A stretch of 64,000 bases of DNA from an uncultured Syntrophomonadaceae bacterium (GCA_964441025.1 CAYTXG010000010.1:3301-67300), one strand, 5' to 3'; shown: positions 19,421 to 30,176, numbered from the stretch's first letter. The notes: generated by a model not told the origin, from the letters alone. Numbers and translations are program-made.

Positions 19421-19827
19421 GCCCGGAAGCTGTCTCCACTCTTCAGGGCTGCATGAATACAAACGGGTGTCATTCTGAGCGCAGCGAAGAATCTCCTTAA
19501 TAAGCATAAGCAGTTCTTCCGCTTCCTGTATTGCAGCACGGGCGCTAAGATGCTGTGAAATTACTCCGCCGCGCGCAACAATTTCTGAAGAAAGCTATCT
19601 TTTCACAGGCTGCCCCCGGTCTTTTTTTTTGCTTCAAAGTGGGACAAGAAGGAGAGTCCCCCTTGCCCTACCTGGCAAAAAATAGGACCATTTAAAAAAA
19701 GAAATGGGGCTATTCCCATTTTAATGATTTTGTGATAGTATTAGCCTTTGGATTGATCTGTTAAAAAGAAGACAAGTGGTTAAAGTCTAATTTTACCACG
19801 TAGAGCACAATAACATACTATCAGGAA

Positions 19828-22800
19828 ATGAGGGCACGGGTAGTGAAAAAAAAGAATAGACGATTGCTCTTGAATCTGGCGATGGTGTTGATGATGTTGG
19901 TAAATCTCTTTCCCTTAGGACTGGTCCATGCCGGTGGAACAGGGACTGACAAAACCTCTGTGCTCACCGACATTGTGACAGCTGTCAGCCAGGGGGGAGC
20001 GGCCATTGCCCCGGGCGGCACATTGACAAGCACAGAGCCGATCACAGTAGAGATTTCGTTTGGGGTGCCTGTTGAAGGCGACGAGCCTACCCCCGCAAAT
20101 CCCGTCCGAAAAGGAGATACTGCAACTTTTCAGCTAAGCAACGCCTTCAGCCTGGCTTCGGGTTATGTGATAGATTTGAAAGCGAGTGACGGCACCCCTG
20201 TCGGGCATGTTGCCATAGAAAAAGATCCCGCAACGGAAATGGTCTATGCTCACGTAACTTTTGACGGTGCAGATGAGGTCTTTGATGGAACATTCAATAC
20301 TGTGAGTTGCGGGTTTATGGCTGAATTTGAATATGACGGCAGCGGCGAAGCGGGCCATCCCGGTGATCACGAGGTGATCATCCTCGAAAAAACATATATC
20401 GTGAATGTGCCCCCCGCTGAGATCATGTACGAGGTAACCAAATCAGGGGTAGCCAACGTGGCGGAGAAATACATCGAGTGGACTGTGAGGATTATTGCTA
20501 CCCAGGATGATGAGCCGGTAGATCTGGCCGGCTACATATTCTCCGACGATCTGTCAGCTGTTGGGTCTTATGTGGACGGCTCCTTTACAGTCGGTGGGAC
20601 AGCCGATACCCCGACTAAGGATGACAGCAAGATCAGTTATGTTTTTCCTGACAACTCCACCAGTCCCCAGACAATTACCTTTAAAACTGAGATATCAGAC
20701 GATGCTTACTATGCTGCTTCGCAGCAAAACGTGACCAATACAGCGCAGCTTCTGGACAGCGAAGAAGAACTAATTGAAGAGGGCGGAATCACGGTAAGAT
20801 TCACGCCCCAATGGATCGAGAAAACCGGCGAACTCATTGGAGAGTACATCAACGGAGTTTATAATTCGACTGACCGAACCATCACCTGGACCGTTATCGC
20901 CAACCAGATGGAGGCGGCTCTGCAAAATGTGGTGATCACCGATGTTATGCCCGTGGGGCTGGAGTTCGGTTCGGCCTACTGGGAAAAGTGGGACAGTAAC
21001 GAGGAAAAATGGATCGAAAAAAAAGAGTTCACCGAATATCCCACGGGGGGAAAATATGAGCTCGGCGATATTGATACCCGGGTCCGGCTGACCATTGTGA
21101 CAGGTGTGCCCGATGAGGATTACACTGCAGGCATCACAACGTACAGCAATTCGGCAAGCATCAGCTGGGACGGGCTGCCGGGAACGGCGCCGGGGGACAG
21201 CGAAGGTATCGGGGTGGGTTATGTTCCCATTACGAAGTCGGGCAAAGTGGAGGATACCGCCAAAGGGATCATCACCTGGACAGTGACTGTTAAGCCCAGG
21301 GGGCAGATCATCCCTGACCTGAAGGTCTATGATCTTCTTGTTTACGGCAGCAGCACAAGCGGGTTCAGTCTTTCAGGCTCCACGGGATTCCCTGGGGGCC
21401 TTGATCCACAGATGTTAACCCCCCGCTATGACCAAAAATATATCGACGAAACGTTTATCGGTACAGATCTCACCCTGAAGATTCACCCGATTACCCAGGG
21501 CGGGGAGCGGGTGGCCGATCTGCTGGAGATCACCGGGTTTGGCAATAATGAGGCATCTTTTACCTTCCAGAGCCGGATCACCAACCCCGGTATCTTTGCC
21601 GGAAACAAGAGCTCCACCCTGAGAAATACTGCTGTGCTCTTCAGCGGCAGCACCAGGCTGAACACGGCTTCAGGGTCGGTTACTTTTACCAGCAATACTT
21701 TGGCCAAAGAGATGCTGAAGCGCGGTCATCTGGATGATCCCTCATCGGGAGTAAATGATTACACCACCAGCGCCGGGGAGGGCTTCGATTATAAGGATAA
21801 ATCGGTGATCTTCCGTCTGAGCATCAACGCCGACGGCATCGACTTTACCGGGATGGAAGATGCTGCAGGAAATATACTGGGCAAAGCTACAGTAACTGAC
21901 ACCCTGCCCGCGGATTGGGAATTCGTAAATATTGCTGACGGGTCAAAGTACCTCATCTTTGCAGGTGAAAAATCGGGCAGTACGGTTAAAGCAACAGGTG
22001 CTCCCCTGGTTCCTGATAGTTCCGTAGGATTTAATGCAATATTCGGGGAAAGCGTATCCGGGCAGGCTACCGCCACCTTTACTTTTGAAAAGCTGGATCA
22101 GCCCTATGTGATCCTGGTCAAGGCAAAACCCAGCGACACCATCCTGGCCGAATATTTCAGCAAAAATGCAACGTGGAACGGGAGGAATACCCTCTCTTTG
22201 AAAGCAGAAAACTGGACGCCCGGGGTCTCCGTTTACCGCGATGTGACCATTGTCAGCAAATACCTGGATAAAACCCTGGCTTTTCCCGAGGCTGGTGTGC
22301 TCAAGTGGATCCTGGAATATCATCCCTATGATCTGCCCGGGGGAGGGACAAAGCTTTTCGATGAGCTTCCCGAAGGGGTGGAGCTGCGCACCGATTCCGG
22401 CGGAACATTGCTGCTCGATGGGAATATCACCGCCCATGAGCTGATCCTGCAGAGTGACGGCAGCTATAGCGAAGGGGATGAAGTCACCCTGATCATAGGT
22501 GAAAATATAACTTACGACAACGCCAAAAGAGAGCTCACCTTTTATATCCCTGATCAGAGCAAAGCTTATCGCTTTACCTATCTCACCGATATTACGGGAG
22601 AACCGGGAGAAATCACCAACAAAGTAGTGCTATGGGGCGAAACGGACGAACAGGGGAATACGGATAAAAACTACACGATCACGCAAAATGACGGCTGGGC
22701 CGCCATGGAGCGGAACGGCTGGATCGAGATCAAGAAAGTGGATGGAAGCACCGGTGAGTTTCTCGAGAAAGCAGAATTTACACTTTATACTTCCGACGGC

Positions 22801-24171
22801 GAGACCGTCCTTCGCAAGGGCTTTACCGGCGCCGACGGCACCCTCAAGTTCAAGGTTATACCCGACGGCGAATATATTTTGCGTGAAACGTCGCCTCCCG
22901 ATGGCTACACTGCCGAAGATCGGGAGCACAGGCTCTCCGTTAAAACGTCGGAAGGGGTTGTTTTTGCTTCCATTGACGGCAGGGGCGGAGCAGATGCCAA
23001 CAAGATCACCATAAAGAATTACCGGGAGGGTACTGCCGGAAACCTGACCATAACCAAAGTGACAGCCGGCAACGGCGCAGATATGACCGGGGGATTCGAC
23101 TTTACGGTGACTTTTAAAGGCACAATGGATAGCTACGACTATTTTGGCTCCGGTGGTGTCCCCGATGGTACCATTTCGAGCGGGGGTACCGTCACCCTGG
23201 CCCACGGCCAGAGCATCACCATCACCGGCCTGCCGAAAGGGACGGAGTACACCGTAAGTGAAGGGGATTACCGGTGGGAGGGCTATGTCACGGCAACAGA
23301 TGGCGGTGAAACCGGGGCCATCATTGCTGATGAAACAGCGGAAGTCACCTTTACCAACACCCGCAATGTGGGCAGTCTGACCATCAGCAAGGCCGTGGCC
23401 GGCAACGGCGCCGATAAAATGAAGGGGTTTGAATTCACAGTAACTTTTGATCCCCCTGAAGAAATGCCTGATAGCTATCCCTGCAGTGGAGCAGGTATTC
23501 CCGCAGGGGCTGTTATTACCAGCGGCGACATCATTACCCTGGCTCACGGTCAGAGCATCACCATCACGGAGATTCCCGAGGGGACAAAGTACCGCGTAAC
23601 AGAGGTGGATTACTCTGATGAAGGCTATATTACCGCCGTTGCGGGCGCAAGCGGGGTGATCACTGTTGGCGATGATGATGAACCTCCTGAATACTTTGCT
23701 GAATTTACCAATACAAGAAATGTGGGGCCCCTGGTTATCAGAAAAACAGTGGCCGGAGCCCTGGGAGATAAAGAGCGGCCCTTTACCTTTATTGTTTATT
23801 TCGAGGCAAGCGGCGGGTACCGCTACTGGGGCAGCAAGACCGGGACTATCGAAAGCGGCCAGGCCGTCACCCTGAAACACGGTGAATATATCGTTATTGA
23901 AGGACTTCTCGCCGGCACCTCCTACCGGGTTACCGAGGTGGAGGCCAATCGTGAGGGCTACTGCACGACCTGTTCCGGAATAGTGGGCGAGATCACCACC
24001 TCCGGCAGGACGGCGGATTTTGTTAATACCAAAGTAGATCTCCCCCGCACCGGGGCGAATGGCCTGAACACCACCTGGGGGATGCTGCTGCTGGGCGCAC
24101 TCCTCGTGCTCTTTACCGCAGGCGGGCCATATTTGCTTTTCCGCTACAGGAGAGGCCTGCGCAGTAACTGA
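19828..24171 (+). CDS. Sortase-anchored cell-wall surface protein with tandem Cna-B/SpaA-like (prealbumin-fold) repeats
   Basis: Signal peptide present. The C-terminus has LPRTG, a hydrophobic helix and an RYRRGLRSN tail. It has four Cna-B/SpaA-like ~100-aa repeats, including three tandem GNGAD-type copies (GNLTITKVTAGNGAD...YRVTEVD) and one SdrD-B-like copy (GWIEIKKVDGSTGEFL). Confidence 0.8.
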   Translation: MRARVVKKKNRRLLLNLAMVLMMLVNLFPLGLVHAGGTGTDKTSVLTDIVTAVSQGGAAIAPGGTLTSTEPITVEISFGVPVEGDEPTPANPVRKGDTATFQLSNAFSLASGYVIDLKASDGTPVGHVAIEKDPATEMVYAHVTFDGADEVFDGTFNTVSCGFMAEFEYDGSGEAGHPGDHEVIILEKTYIVNVPPAEIMYEVTKSGVANVAEKYIEWTVRIIATQDDEPVDLAGYIFSDDLSAVGSYVDGSFTVGGTADTPTKDDSKISYVFPDNSTSPQTITFKTEISDDAYYAASQQNVTNTAQLLDSEEELIEEGGITVRFTPQWIEKTGELIGEYINGVYNSTDRTITWTVIANQMEAALQNVVITDVMPVGLEFGSAYWEKWDSNEEKWIEKKEFTEYPTGGKYELGDIDTRVRLTIVTGVPDEDYTAGITTYSNSASISWDGLPGTAPGDSEGIGVGYVPITKSGKVEDTAKGIITWTVTVKPRGQIIPDLKVYDLLVYGSSTSGFSLSGSTGFPGGLDPQMLTPRYDQKYIDETFIGTDLTLKIHPITQGGERVADLLEITGFGNNEASFTFQSRITNPGIFAGNKSSTLRNTAVLFSGSTRLNTASGSVTFTSNTLAKEMLKRGHLDDPSSGVNDYTTSAGEGFDYKDKSVIFRLSINADGIDFTGMEDAAGNILGKATVTDTLPADWEFVNIADGSKYLIFAGEKSGSTVKATGAPLVPDSSVGFNAIFGESVSGQATATFTFEKLDQPYVILVKAKPSDTILAEYFSKNATWNGRNTLSLKAENWTPGVSVYRDVTIVSKYLDKTLAFPEAGVLKWILEYHPYDLPGGGTKLFDELPEGVELRTDSGGTLLLDGNITAHELILQSDGSYSEGDEVTLIIGENITYDNAKRELTFYIPDQSKAYRFTYLTDITGEPGEITNKVVLWGETDEQGNTDKNYTITQNDGWAAMERNGWIEIKKVDGSTGEFLEKAEFTLYTSDGETVLRKGFTGADGTLKFKVIPDGEYILRETSPPDGYTAEDREHRLSVKTSEGVVFASIDGRGGADANKITIKNYREGTAGNLTITKVTAGNGADMTGGFDFTVTFKGTMDSYDYFGSGGVPDGTISSGGTVTLAHGQSITITGLPKGTEYTVSEGDYRWEGYVTATDGGETGAIIADETAEVTFTNTRNVGSLTISKAVAGNGADKMKGFEFTVTFDPPEEMPDSYPCSGAGIPAGAVITSGDIITLAHGQSITITEIPEGTKYRVTEVDYSDEGYITAVAGASGVITVGDDDEPPEYFAEFTNTRNVGPLVIRKTVAGALGDKERPFTFIVYFEASGGYRYWGSKTGTIESGQAVTLKHGEYIVIEGLLAGTSYRVTEVEANREGYCTTCSGIVGEITTSGRTADFVNTKVDLPRTGANGLNTTWGMLLLGALLVLFTAGGPYLLFRYRRGLRSN

Positions 24172-24257
24172 TTTAAATTGATTTTATGAATAACTAAAGC
24201 GGGGCTGCCCTTAAAGGCGGCCCCGCCGTCATTTACAGCAGTTTTAGCTCACAGCGG

Positions 24258-24286
24258 TGAGTCAAAGTCACCGTCCCCTTGACTCA
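24258..24286. repeat. REP-like element, inverted orientation
   Basis: Exact consensus, reverse-complement form. Confidence 0.9.
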
Positions 24287-24396
24287 AAATTGTATGTGCA
24301 CATTAGCTTGCACTTGTAAGAGGTTTCGATATCAGTTATAGTTTAATAATAGTCATCTATATTACTATTTTAAATTTATATTTTGGAGGTGTTTTT

Positions 24397-26103
24397 ATGA
24401 AAGATATACCGCTATACGAGGTCAGGAAAATTCGGGATCTGCGGGACATGCTCGGGCAAAGCGCGGAGCTGTATGGTGACCGCACCGCCTTTATGGTCAA
24501 GAAGGAGCGCGGCGGTTCCTACATCGATGTGACCATGCGGCAGTTTTCCGATGATGTCGATGCCTTTGGCACGGCGCTGCTCCATAACACGCCTGCCGGA
24601 AGCCGCGTGGCCATCCTTGCCGAGACGCGTTACGAATGGTATGTATCCTACCTCAGTGTAACAAACGGCACCGGCATTGTGGTGCCGCTGGATAAGGAGC
24701 TGCCGGGCCAGGAGATCGCCGGCATGCTGAACCGGGCTGAAGTGGACGTCCTGATCTATTCCGCATCAAAACAGGGCCTTCTCGATGAAATCGCGGACAG
24801 CATCCCGGGAGTGAAGAAATATATCTGCATGGATCGCCCCGGCAGCGGTAAGGGGGTCCTTTTCTTCGGCGATCTGCTGGAAGAGGGGCGCAGGCTCCTG
24901 GCAGAGGGCGATCGCGTTTTCCTCGATGCGCCCGTTGATCCGGAGGCCATGACCATCCTGCTCTTTACCAGCGGCACCACGGACAAGGCCAAGGCGGTGA
25001 TGCTCTCTCAGAAAAATATCTGCGCCAATCTCGAGGGGATGTGCTCCATGCTCTACATCGGCCCGGGGGACAGGTTTCTCTCGGTGCTGCCGCTGCACCA
25101 CACCTACGAGTGCACCTGCGGCTTCCTCTGCCAGGTTTACCGCGGCTGCACTGTTGCCGTCTGCGAGGGTCTGCTTCAGATCACGCAGAATATAAAGGAG
25201 AGCAAGCCCACCATGATCCTGGTGGTGCCGCTCATGTTGGAGCTGTTCCACCGCGCCATCATGAAGAAGGCGAAAGCCACCCCGAAGATGGCCCGCAAGT
25301 TTGAGTTCGGGCGGAAGCTGACCAGGCTCCTGCGGCGCTTCGGGATTGATCTGCGGCGCAAAATATTTGCCCCGGTGCATGAGAATTTCGGCGGCAACCT
25401 GCGCATGCTCGTCTCCGGGGGCGCCTCTGTAGATCCGCAAATACTGAAAGACATGCAGGATCTGGGCATAGCCTGCCTCCAGGGTTACGGGTTGACGGAA
25501 TGTGCACCTATCCTGGCCCTGAACCGGGATGTGGACTTTAACGATCGCGCCGCCGGTCTGCCGCTGCCGGGTGTCGAGATAAGGATCATCGAAAAGGACG
25601 AAGAGGGCATCGGGGAAATCATCGGCCGCGGACCCAATATCATGCTCGGTTACTACAAGAACCCTGAAGCCACGGCCGAAGCTATCGATGAGGAGGGCTT
25701 CTACCATACAGGAGATCTGGGATACATTGACAAAAACGGGTTCTGTATTGTCACGGGACGGAAGAAAAATGTGATCGTATCGAAGAATGGAAAGAATATT
25801 TTTCCGGAAGAGATTGAATCGCTGCTGTCGCTTTCTCCCTATGTTGCCGAATCCCTGGTTTCCGGCGATAATAACGAGCATGACGATGTCATCATCACTG
25901 CGGAGATCTTTCCCGATATGGAAGCTGTGGTGGAACGGCTGGGACCAGATCCGGACAAGAACGGCATCCAGGCGCTGCTGGAGGAAGAAGTTAAAAAGGT
26001 CAATGAGCAGCTGGTTTCATACAAGCGCATCCGCAGGGTGCTCCACCGCGACAGCGAGTTCGAGAAGACAACATCCAGGAAGATCCGCCGGCAGTACAAA
26101 TAG
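24397..26103 (+). CDS. Long-chain fatty acid-CoA ligase (AMP-dependent synthetase/ligase)
   Basis: AMP-binding motifs (LFTSGTTDKAK, YGLTECAP, TGDLGYIDKNGFCIVTGRKKN). RBS GGAGGTG. Confidence 0.85.
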   Translation: MKDIPLYEVRKIRDLRDMLGQSAELYGDRTAFMVKKERGGSYIDVTMRQFSDDVDAFGTALLHNTPAGSRVAILAETRYEWYVSYLSVTNGTGIVVPLDKELPGQEIAGMLNRAEVDVLIYSASKQGLLDEIADSIPGVKKYICMDRPGSGKGVLFFGDLLEEGRRLLAEGDRVFLDAPVDPEAMTILLFTSGTTDKAKAVMLSQKNICANLEGMCSMLYIGPGDRFLSVLPLHHTYECTCGFLCQVYRGCTVAVCEGLLQITQNIKESKPTMILVVPLMLELFHRAIMKKAKATPKMARKFEFGRKLTRLLRRFGIDLRRKIFAPVHENFGGNLRMLVSGGASVDPQILKDMQDLGIACLQGYGLTECAPILALNRDVDFNDRAAGLPLPGVEIRIIEKDEEGIGEIIGRGPNIMLGYYKNPEATAEAIDEEGFYHTGDLGYIDKNGFCIVTGRKKNVIVSKNGKNIFPEEIESLLSLSPYVAESLVSGDNNEHDDVIITAEIFPDMEAVVERLGPDPDKNGIQALLEEEVKKVNEQLVSYKRIRRVLHRDSEFEKTTSRKIRRQYK

Positions 26104-26225
26104 CAAATAGCTGTCGCATATATATCTTCATGCTGCGAATGTAATGCATGGTCGCATGTCCGGCAACCCGCAGGGGCGGGTTCAACGGGCGGGCCCGATC
26201 CCCGCCCGCGGGTTACCCGAAACAA

Positions 26226-26250
26226 GGGGGCAACCACAAGTGTTGCCCCC
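26226..26250. terminator. Bidirectional stem-loop terminator between convergent genes
   Basis: GGGGGCAAC-cacaagt-GTTGCCCCC forms a perfect 9-bp GC-rich stem with an A/T-rich flank. Confidence 0.55.
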
Positions 26251-26344
26251 ATAAATGTTGAATGCAGCGGTGCAGGTCCGGTATTTCCAGGCAGAGCAAG
26301 TTTGCACCGGCATGCCCCGCCCTTACAGAAGGGTCTGCCCTGCC

Positions 26345-26776
26345 CTAGACGCTTTTATGAAACATCCCTTCGCCTGCTACAGCCATTTTAGCAGCAAGGT
26401 CGCCCAGCACGGGCAGCTTGTATTCTTTGTATTGAAAACCGTTAACGACAGCGATTATAGCCAGCACAAGAATGGCCAGAGAGAGAATTGTCCCGATAAA
26501 ACCGACGGCGCCGATGATGCCCAGGGCGGCGCCCGGGGAAGAGTATAACAGAGCGGGGGTGACCACCATAATAACCAGCTGGATCAATAAGCGCAGAATA
26601 AGACCGAGAATATTTAATGCGAAGCTCTGCATGGCATGAAAGCGGACAAACCCGCTCTCTTTTTCAAGGATAAATATTAACAGCGGCACCAGAAAAGCGA
26701 CATAACCGGCATAGGGGATCCAACTGATAACTACGCCTCCAAGGTAGGCAATGAGGACGGCGATATTCGCCTCCAT
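26345..26776 (-). CDS. DUF4870-type small membrane protein (Tic20-like fold)
   Basis: Four TM helices with an FHAMQS motif. The longer ORF start at 27094 overlaps the ald gene, so I took the internal Met (MEANIAVL). The start is uncertain. Confidence 0.55.
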   Translation of the reverse strand: MEANIAVLIAYLGGVVISWIPYAGYVAFLVPLLIFILEKESGFVRFHAMQSFALNILGLILRLLIQLVIMVVTPALLYSSPGAALGIIGAVGFIGTILSLAILVLAIIAVVNGFQYKEYKLPVLGDLAAKMAVAGEGMFHKSV

Positions 26777-27026
26777 GCCCAGGGAAGATTGATGGGGCTC
26801 AACGGTAACGGTCAAGCTAATCCCTCCAGGTAGTGAATTTGTTAATTGTATTATTCTCTGATCAGGTGCAGGTTCCTGCCGAAAAGCGATTATATCCGGT
26901 GAAGAGCCTGTCACCCTTTCCTGCCGTTGCGCAGGGGAAGGCGGTTCGATGCAAAAACCCTGCAGAAAAAAGATTGGCTTAATCCGTTGACTGCTTCTCT
27001 TTATGAGCCGATGCGCCGGCTGCCTG

Positions 27027-28142
27027 CTATCCCAGGCTTTCATATTCCAGGGAGAGCGCCTCCGCCACCGCCCTGTTGACAACCCGGCCGCCAATGATAT
27101 TCACGGCCCCACGGAGCGGCGCTTTTTCCGCGACAACCCGTTCCAGGCCTTTCCGGGCCAGCTCGAGGGCAAAGGGCAGGGTGGCATTGTTCAGTGCATA
27201 GGTGGAGGTCCGGGGTACAGCGCCCGGGATATTGGGGACGGCATAGTGGAGCACCCCGCAGCGTTCAAAGGTGGGCCGGCTGTGGCTGCTCGTATGGTCC
27301 GCCGTTTCAATGCAGCCCCCCTGGTCAATGGCCACATCCACGATTACCGTTCCCGGACGCATCGTCTCCACCATCCCCCTGGTGCAGAGCACAGGTGTCC
27401 GTCCGCCCGGGATGAGGACGGCGCCTATGAGCAGGTCGGCCCCGGCCACAGCCTGGGAAATATTCTGCGGATTGGAGTAAAGGGTCAGCAGCCTGCCTCC
27501 GTTTGCCCCGTCCAGGTAGCGCAGCCTTTCAACGCTGTTATCGATCACAGTCACCTTGGCCCCCATGCCCATGGCCACCCTGGCGGCATTCGTGCCCACG
27601 ATACCGCCGCCCAGGATCACCACATCGGCCGGGGTCACCCCGGGCACCCCGCCCAGGAGTATACCGATCCCGCCGTTTGATTTCTCCAGGAAATGAGCGC
27701 CAATCTGCGTGGCCATGCGCCCCGCTATCTCACTCATAGGCGCCAGCATGGGGATGGTCCCATCAACAACAACAGTTTCATAGGCCAGCGCCGCCACTTT
27801 TTTCTCCATGAGCACGCGGGCCACCTCCGGCTCGTTTGCCAGGTGCAGGTAGGCAAAGAGGATCTGCCCTTCCCGCAGCAGTCCGTACTCCTCCGGCTGG
27901 GGCTCTTTAACCTTGTAGATCATCTCTGCCCGCTCGTACAGCTCTTCAGGCCCGGAGACGATCTCGGCGCCCAAACGGCGGAATTCACCGTCATCAATGC
28001 CGCTGCCCCTTCCCGCCCCCTCTTCGATGAGCACCCGGTGCCCCCTGTTCACAAATGCCGTTACCGCACCGGGCGTAATGGCCACGCGATTCTCGTCAAT
28101 CTTGATCTCCCTCGGTACACCTGTAATCACTTTTCCGATCAC
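27027..28142 (-). CDS. ald: Alanine dehydrogenase
   Basis: N-terminus MIGKVITGVPREIKIDENRVAITP and a Rossmann motif VVILGGGIVG. Confidence 0.9.
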   Translation of the reverse strand: MIGKVITGVPREIKIDENRVAITPGAVTAFVNRGHRVLIEEGAGRGSGIDDGEFRRLGAEIVSGPEELYERAEMIYKVKEPQPEEYGLLREGQILFAYLHLANEPEVARVLMEKKVAALAYETVVVDGTIPMLAPMSEIAGRMATQIGAHFLEKSNGGIGILLGGVPGVTPADVVILGGGIVGTNAARVAMGMGAKVTVIDNSVERLRYLDGANGGRLLTLYSNPQNISQAVAGADLLIGAVLIPGGRTPVLCTRGMVETMRPGTVIVDVAIDQGGCIETADHTSSHSRPTFERCGVLHYAVPNIPGAVPRTSTYALNNATLPFALELARKGLERVVAEKAPLRGAVNIIGGRVVNRAVAEALSLEYESLG

Positions 28143-28314
28143 CTTTCCAGCAGATTTCTAATATTTTATCATAAGAGTCGCTGTTCCAGGACGTTATTTT
28201 TATCCATATGAGGCGGGGCCCCGCCGTTTGACAGTTTTTTGACTATTTTAAAGGGCCGCCCGCCGGGGGCAGCCCTTTTTGAAAACAGCAGGATAGTTAT
28301 TGACGAAGGACGGG

Positions 28315-28713
28315 CTAGCCCGCCGGATCAAACCACAAGCCCGCCACCCGCCGGTCCTCATCAAAGACAACACGAATGATGAGGGAGTCTTTCTCGAACT
28401 CCGAGGTTACAAAGACGACATCGTAACCGTCGACGACCTCCTCTCTGATGGAGGTTTCGCCCACGTACGAGCCGACCTGGGCCTGCAGATCACGCCACAC
28501 CTTTTCCAGCTTCCCGGCCTTCATGGCCCGTCCCATCTTGGTGTTGAAATAGCCGGTGCATCCCTCGTAATCACCTCCGGCCAGGCTGCTGATAAATGAC
28601 CGGGCCAGTTCGGCGGGCTCCCCTTCCAGCGGGGGCAGCTCCGCGGTGCTGCAGGAGACGGCGGCAAGGCAGAGCCCAAGGGCAAGGAGCAGCACAGTGA
28701 CATATTTGCCCAT
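28315..28713 (-). CDS. Lipoprotein, function unknown
   Basis: Signal peptide with lipobox AAVSC; 132 aa. Confidence 0.6.
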   Translation of the reverse strand: MGKYVTVLLLALGLCLAAVSCSTAELPPLEGEPAELARSFISSLAGGDYEGCTGYFNTKMGRAMKAGKLEKVWRDLQAQVGSYVGETSIREEVVDGYDVVFVTSEFEKDSLIIRVVFDEDRRVAGLWFDPAG

Positions 28714-28741
28714 TCATTTCCCCCCTTTCTTTTTCCAAAGT

Positions 28742-29398
28742 TTACAGATAGCCTTTTTTGTACATCACCCTGGCCGCGCCGAGGGCGATAAGCGCGCCCA
28801 CCGGCACCAGGATGCTGACGGAGCCGGTTAGCGAGGGCACCAGGATAAAGAGAACGAGCATGAACAGAATCGGCGCCACCGCGATCTTCCAGTTTTTCGA
28901 GATAAAGACCACGCCCAGCGCGCCGAAGAGAGCGGGGAGAATATTGGCAAAGGCCGGGGCCAGCTGCTCCGACTCCAGGATGGGCTGCAACTGGGCCAGC
29001 AGAAGCACTCCCAGGAAAATGATGGCAGTGGTGACGAAGGAGGATACGGCGATGGCTATGGTGGAGATGAGTTCCCCCTCCTCGCTGCCGGCCTTGACGC
29101 CGGCGATCTCCATGGCGTTAAGGGCGCAGGGGACTTTGAGGTTGCTCAAGTTTCCGGTAACAAAGCCCAGGTAGGAGCCCCCTGAACCGAGCATGGGCGA
29201 AAATGTAAAAGCCTCGATGATACCGACGGTCCAGTAGATCGGCACCACACCGGCCAGCCCTTGAAGCAGCAGGAGACCCTTGGGCCAGGCGCCGTAGTAA
29301 ATGCTTGCCGCTGCCGGGAAAAGCATAAACATGACCAGGGCCAGCGAGCACCAGATCCGGCCCCAGGTATGGATATCCTCGCTGTAAGATCTTTTCAT
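28742..29398 (-). CDS. Polytopic membrane protein (possibly DUF969/DUF979-type)
   Basis: About 6 TM helices. It sits in an operon with the next membrane protein and an M20 peptidase. Confidence 0.6.
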   Translation of the reverse strand: MKRSYSEDIHTWGRIWCSLALVMFMLFPAAASIYYGAWPKGLLLLQGLAGVVPIYWTVGIIEAFTFSPMLGSGGSYLGFVTGNLSNLKVPCALNAMEIAGVKAGSEEGELISTIAIAVSSFVTTAIIFLGVLLLAQLQPILESEQLAPAFANILPALFGALGVVFISKNWKIAVAPILFMLVLFILVPSLTGSVSILVPVGALIALGAARVMYKKGYL

Positions 29399-29408
29399 TT
29401 TTCTCCTC

Positions 29409-30155
29409 CTATCCCAGCAGGTTTGTGATCGGAATGGAGAGGGCCATGGCGCCCAGCATGCTTATGGGCAGTGCATAATCCTCCATCCACTTGACTTTGA
29501 GAACCTTGACGAAAAAGCCGCAGATAAGCATGAGCAGGGCGGAGATAATCATCACAAAAACGGGGATCCAGCCCTTGATGCCCGCGGTGATGTCGGCGAA
29601 GATCATCCCCAGGAAGGCCGAGATCATCCCCAGGAAAAGGGCATCTATGAAAATCTGCCCCCACCGGGCATCCCTTTTTTTCAGGCTCTCGATGCCTCCC
29701 TGGATCTTCTTCAAGAAAATGGTGATCACTATGAGCCCCGACATGATCCCCAGGGTCATGACCCAGGCGATGGTTGAGTAGGCCCGGGGGTCGGCCACCC
29801 CTTCGGATATGGGCGTTCCCAGGACCCCGGCGGCGATGCTGGCCGCAGGCAGTTCATAGGTCACCGCGCCCAGGACGCTCAGCCTGAGCCAGGGCAGCGG
29901 CAGCCCCAGGAACTTGGAAAGGGCGAACACCCCCATGAGAATGGCTATGGCCGGCGCCACGGTGAAGACGGCGCTGGCCCCGACCACCCTTTTCAACACT
30001 GCCGGGGCAAAACCCAGCGCCCTGGCCTGGCGCCAGGCCTTGTACAGAAAGAAAACTGATTGGGCCATGACAAAAAGAACGATAACTCCGGCGACAATAA
30101 ATAGAAACATGCTGTTAAGATCGAAGCCTTTCAAAGAAAACACCACCTTTCCCAT
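29409..30155 (-). CDS. Polytopic membrane protein, partner of the previous one
   Basis: The ORF-track start at 30206 lies inside a REP element (MSQSHRPP is REP-encoded). The likely start is the Met at 30155. Confidence 0.55.
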   Translation of the reverse strand: MGKVVFSLKGFDLNSMFLFIVAGVIVLFVMAQSVFFLYKAWRQARALGFAPAVLKRVVGASAVFTVAPAIAILMGVFALSKFLGLPLPWLRLSVLGAVTYELPAASIAAGVLGTPISEGVADPRAYSTIAWVMTLGIMSGLIVITIFLKKIQGGIESLKKRDARWGQIFIDALFLGMISAFLGMIFADITAGIKGWIPVFVMIISALLMLICGFFVKVLKVKWMEDYALPISMLGAMALSIPITNLLG

Positions 30156-30176
30156 ATTTGTTTTATTTCCAAACCA

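Noticed and set aside
17423-19507. 694-aa ORF on the minus strand antisense to nrdJ
   Set aside because: It lies entirely within the well-supported nrdJ gene on the opposite strand and is low-complexity (G/A/R/P-rich). This is the typical stop-poor antisense frame of high-GC coding DNA. Other antisense ORFs at 320-1012, 22630-23880, 24766-25881, 32022-32996, 32645-33586, 38544-39629, 53377-54639 and 12168-13332 are the same artefact.
19560-19640. T9 run after nrdJ as a rho-independent terminator
   Set aside because: The run of nine T is striking in a high-GC genome, but I could not find a convincing GC-rich stem directly upstream. It is left as unconfirmed.
26345-27094. Full 249-aa version of the DUF4870 ORF
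   Set aside because: The N-terminal 106 codons overlap the ald gene on the same strand and are Arg/Pro-rich. The membrane domain starts at an internal Met, so the shorter call was used.
27003-27680. 225-aa plus-strand ORF opposite alanine dehydrogenase
   Set aside because: It overlaps the strongly supported ald gene on the other strand. It has no RBS and a His/Pro/Gly-rich low-complexity translation.
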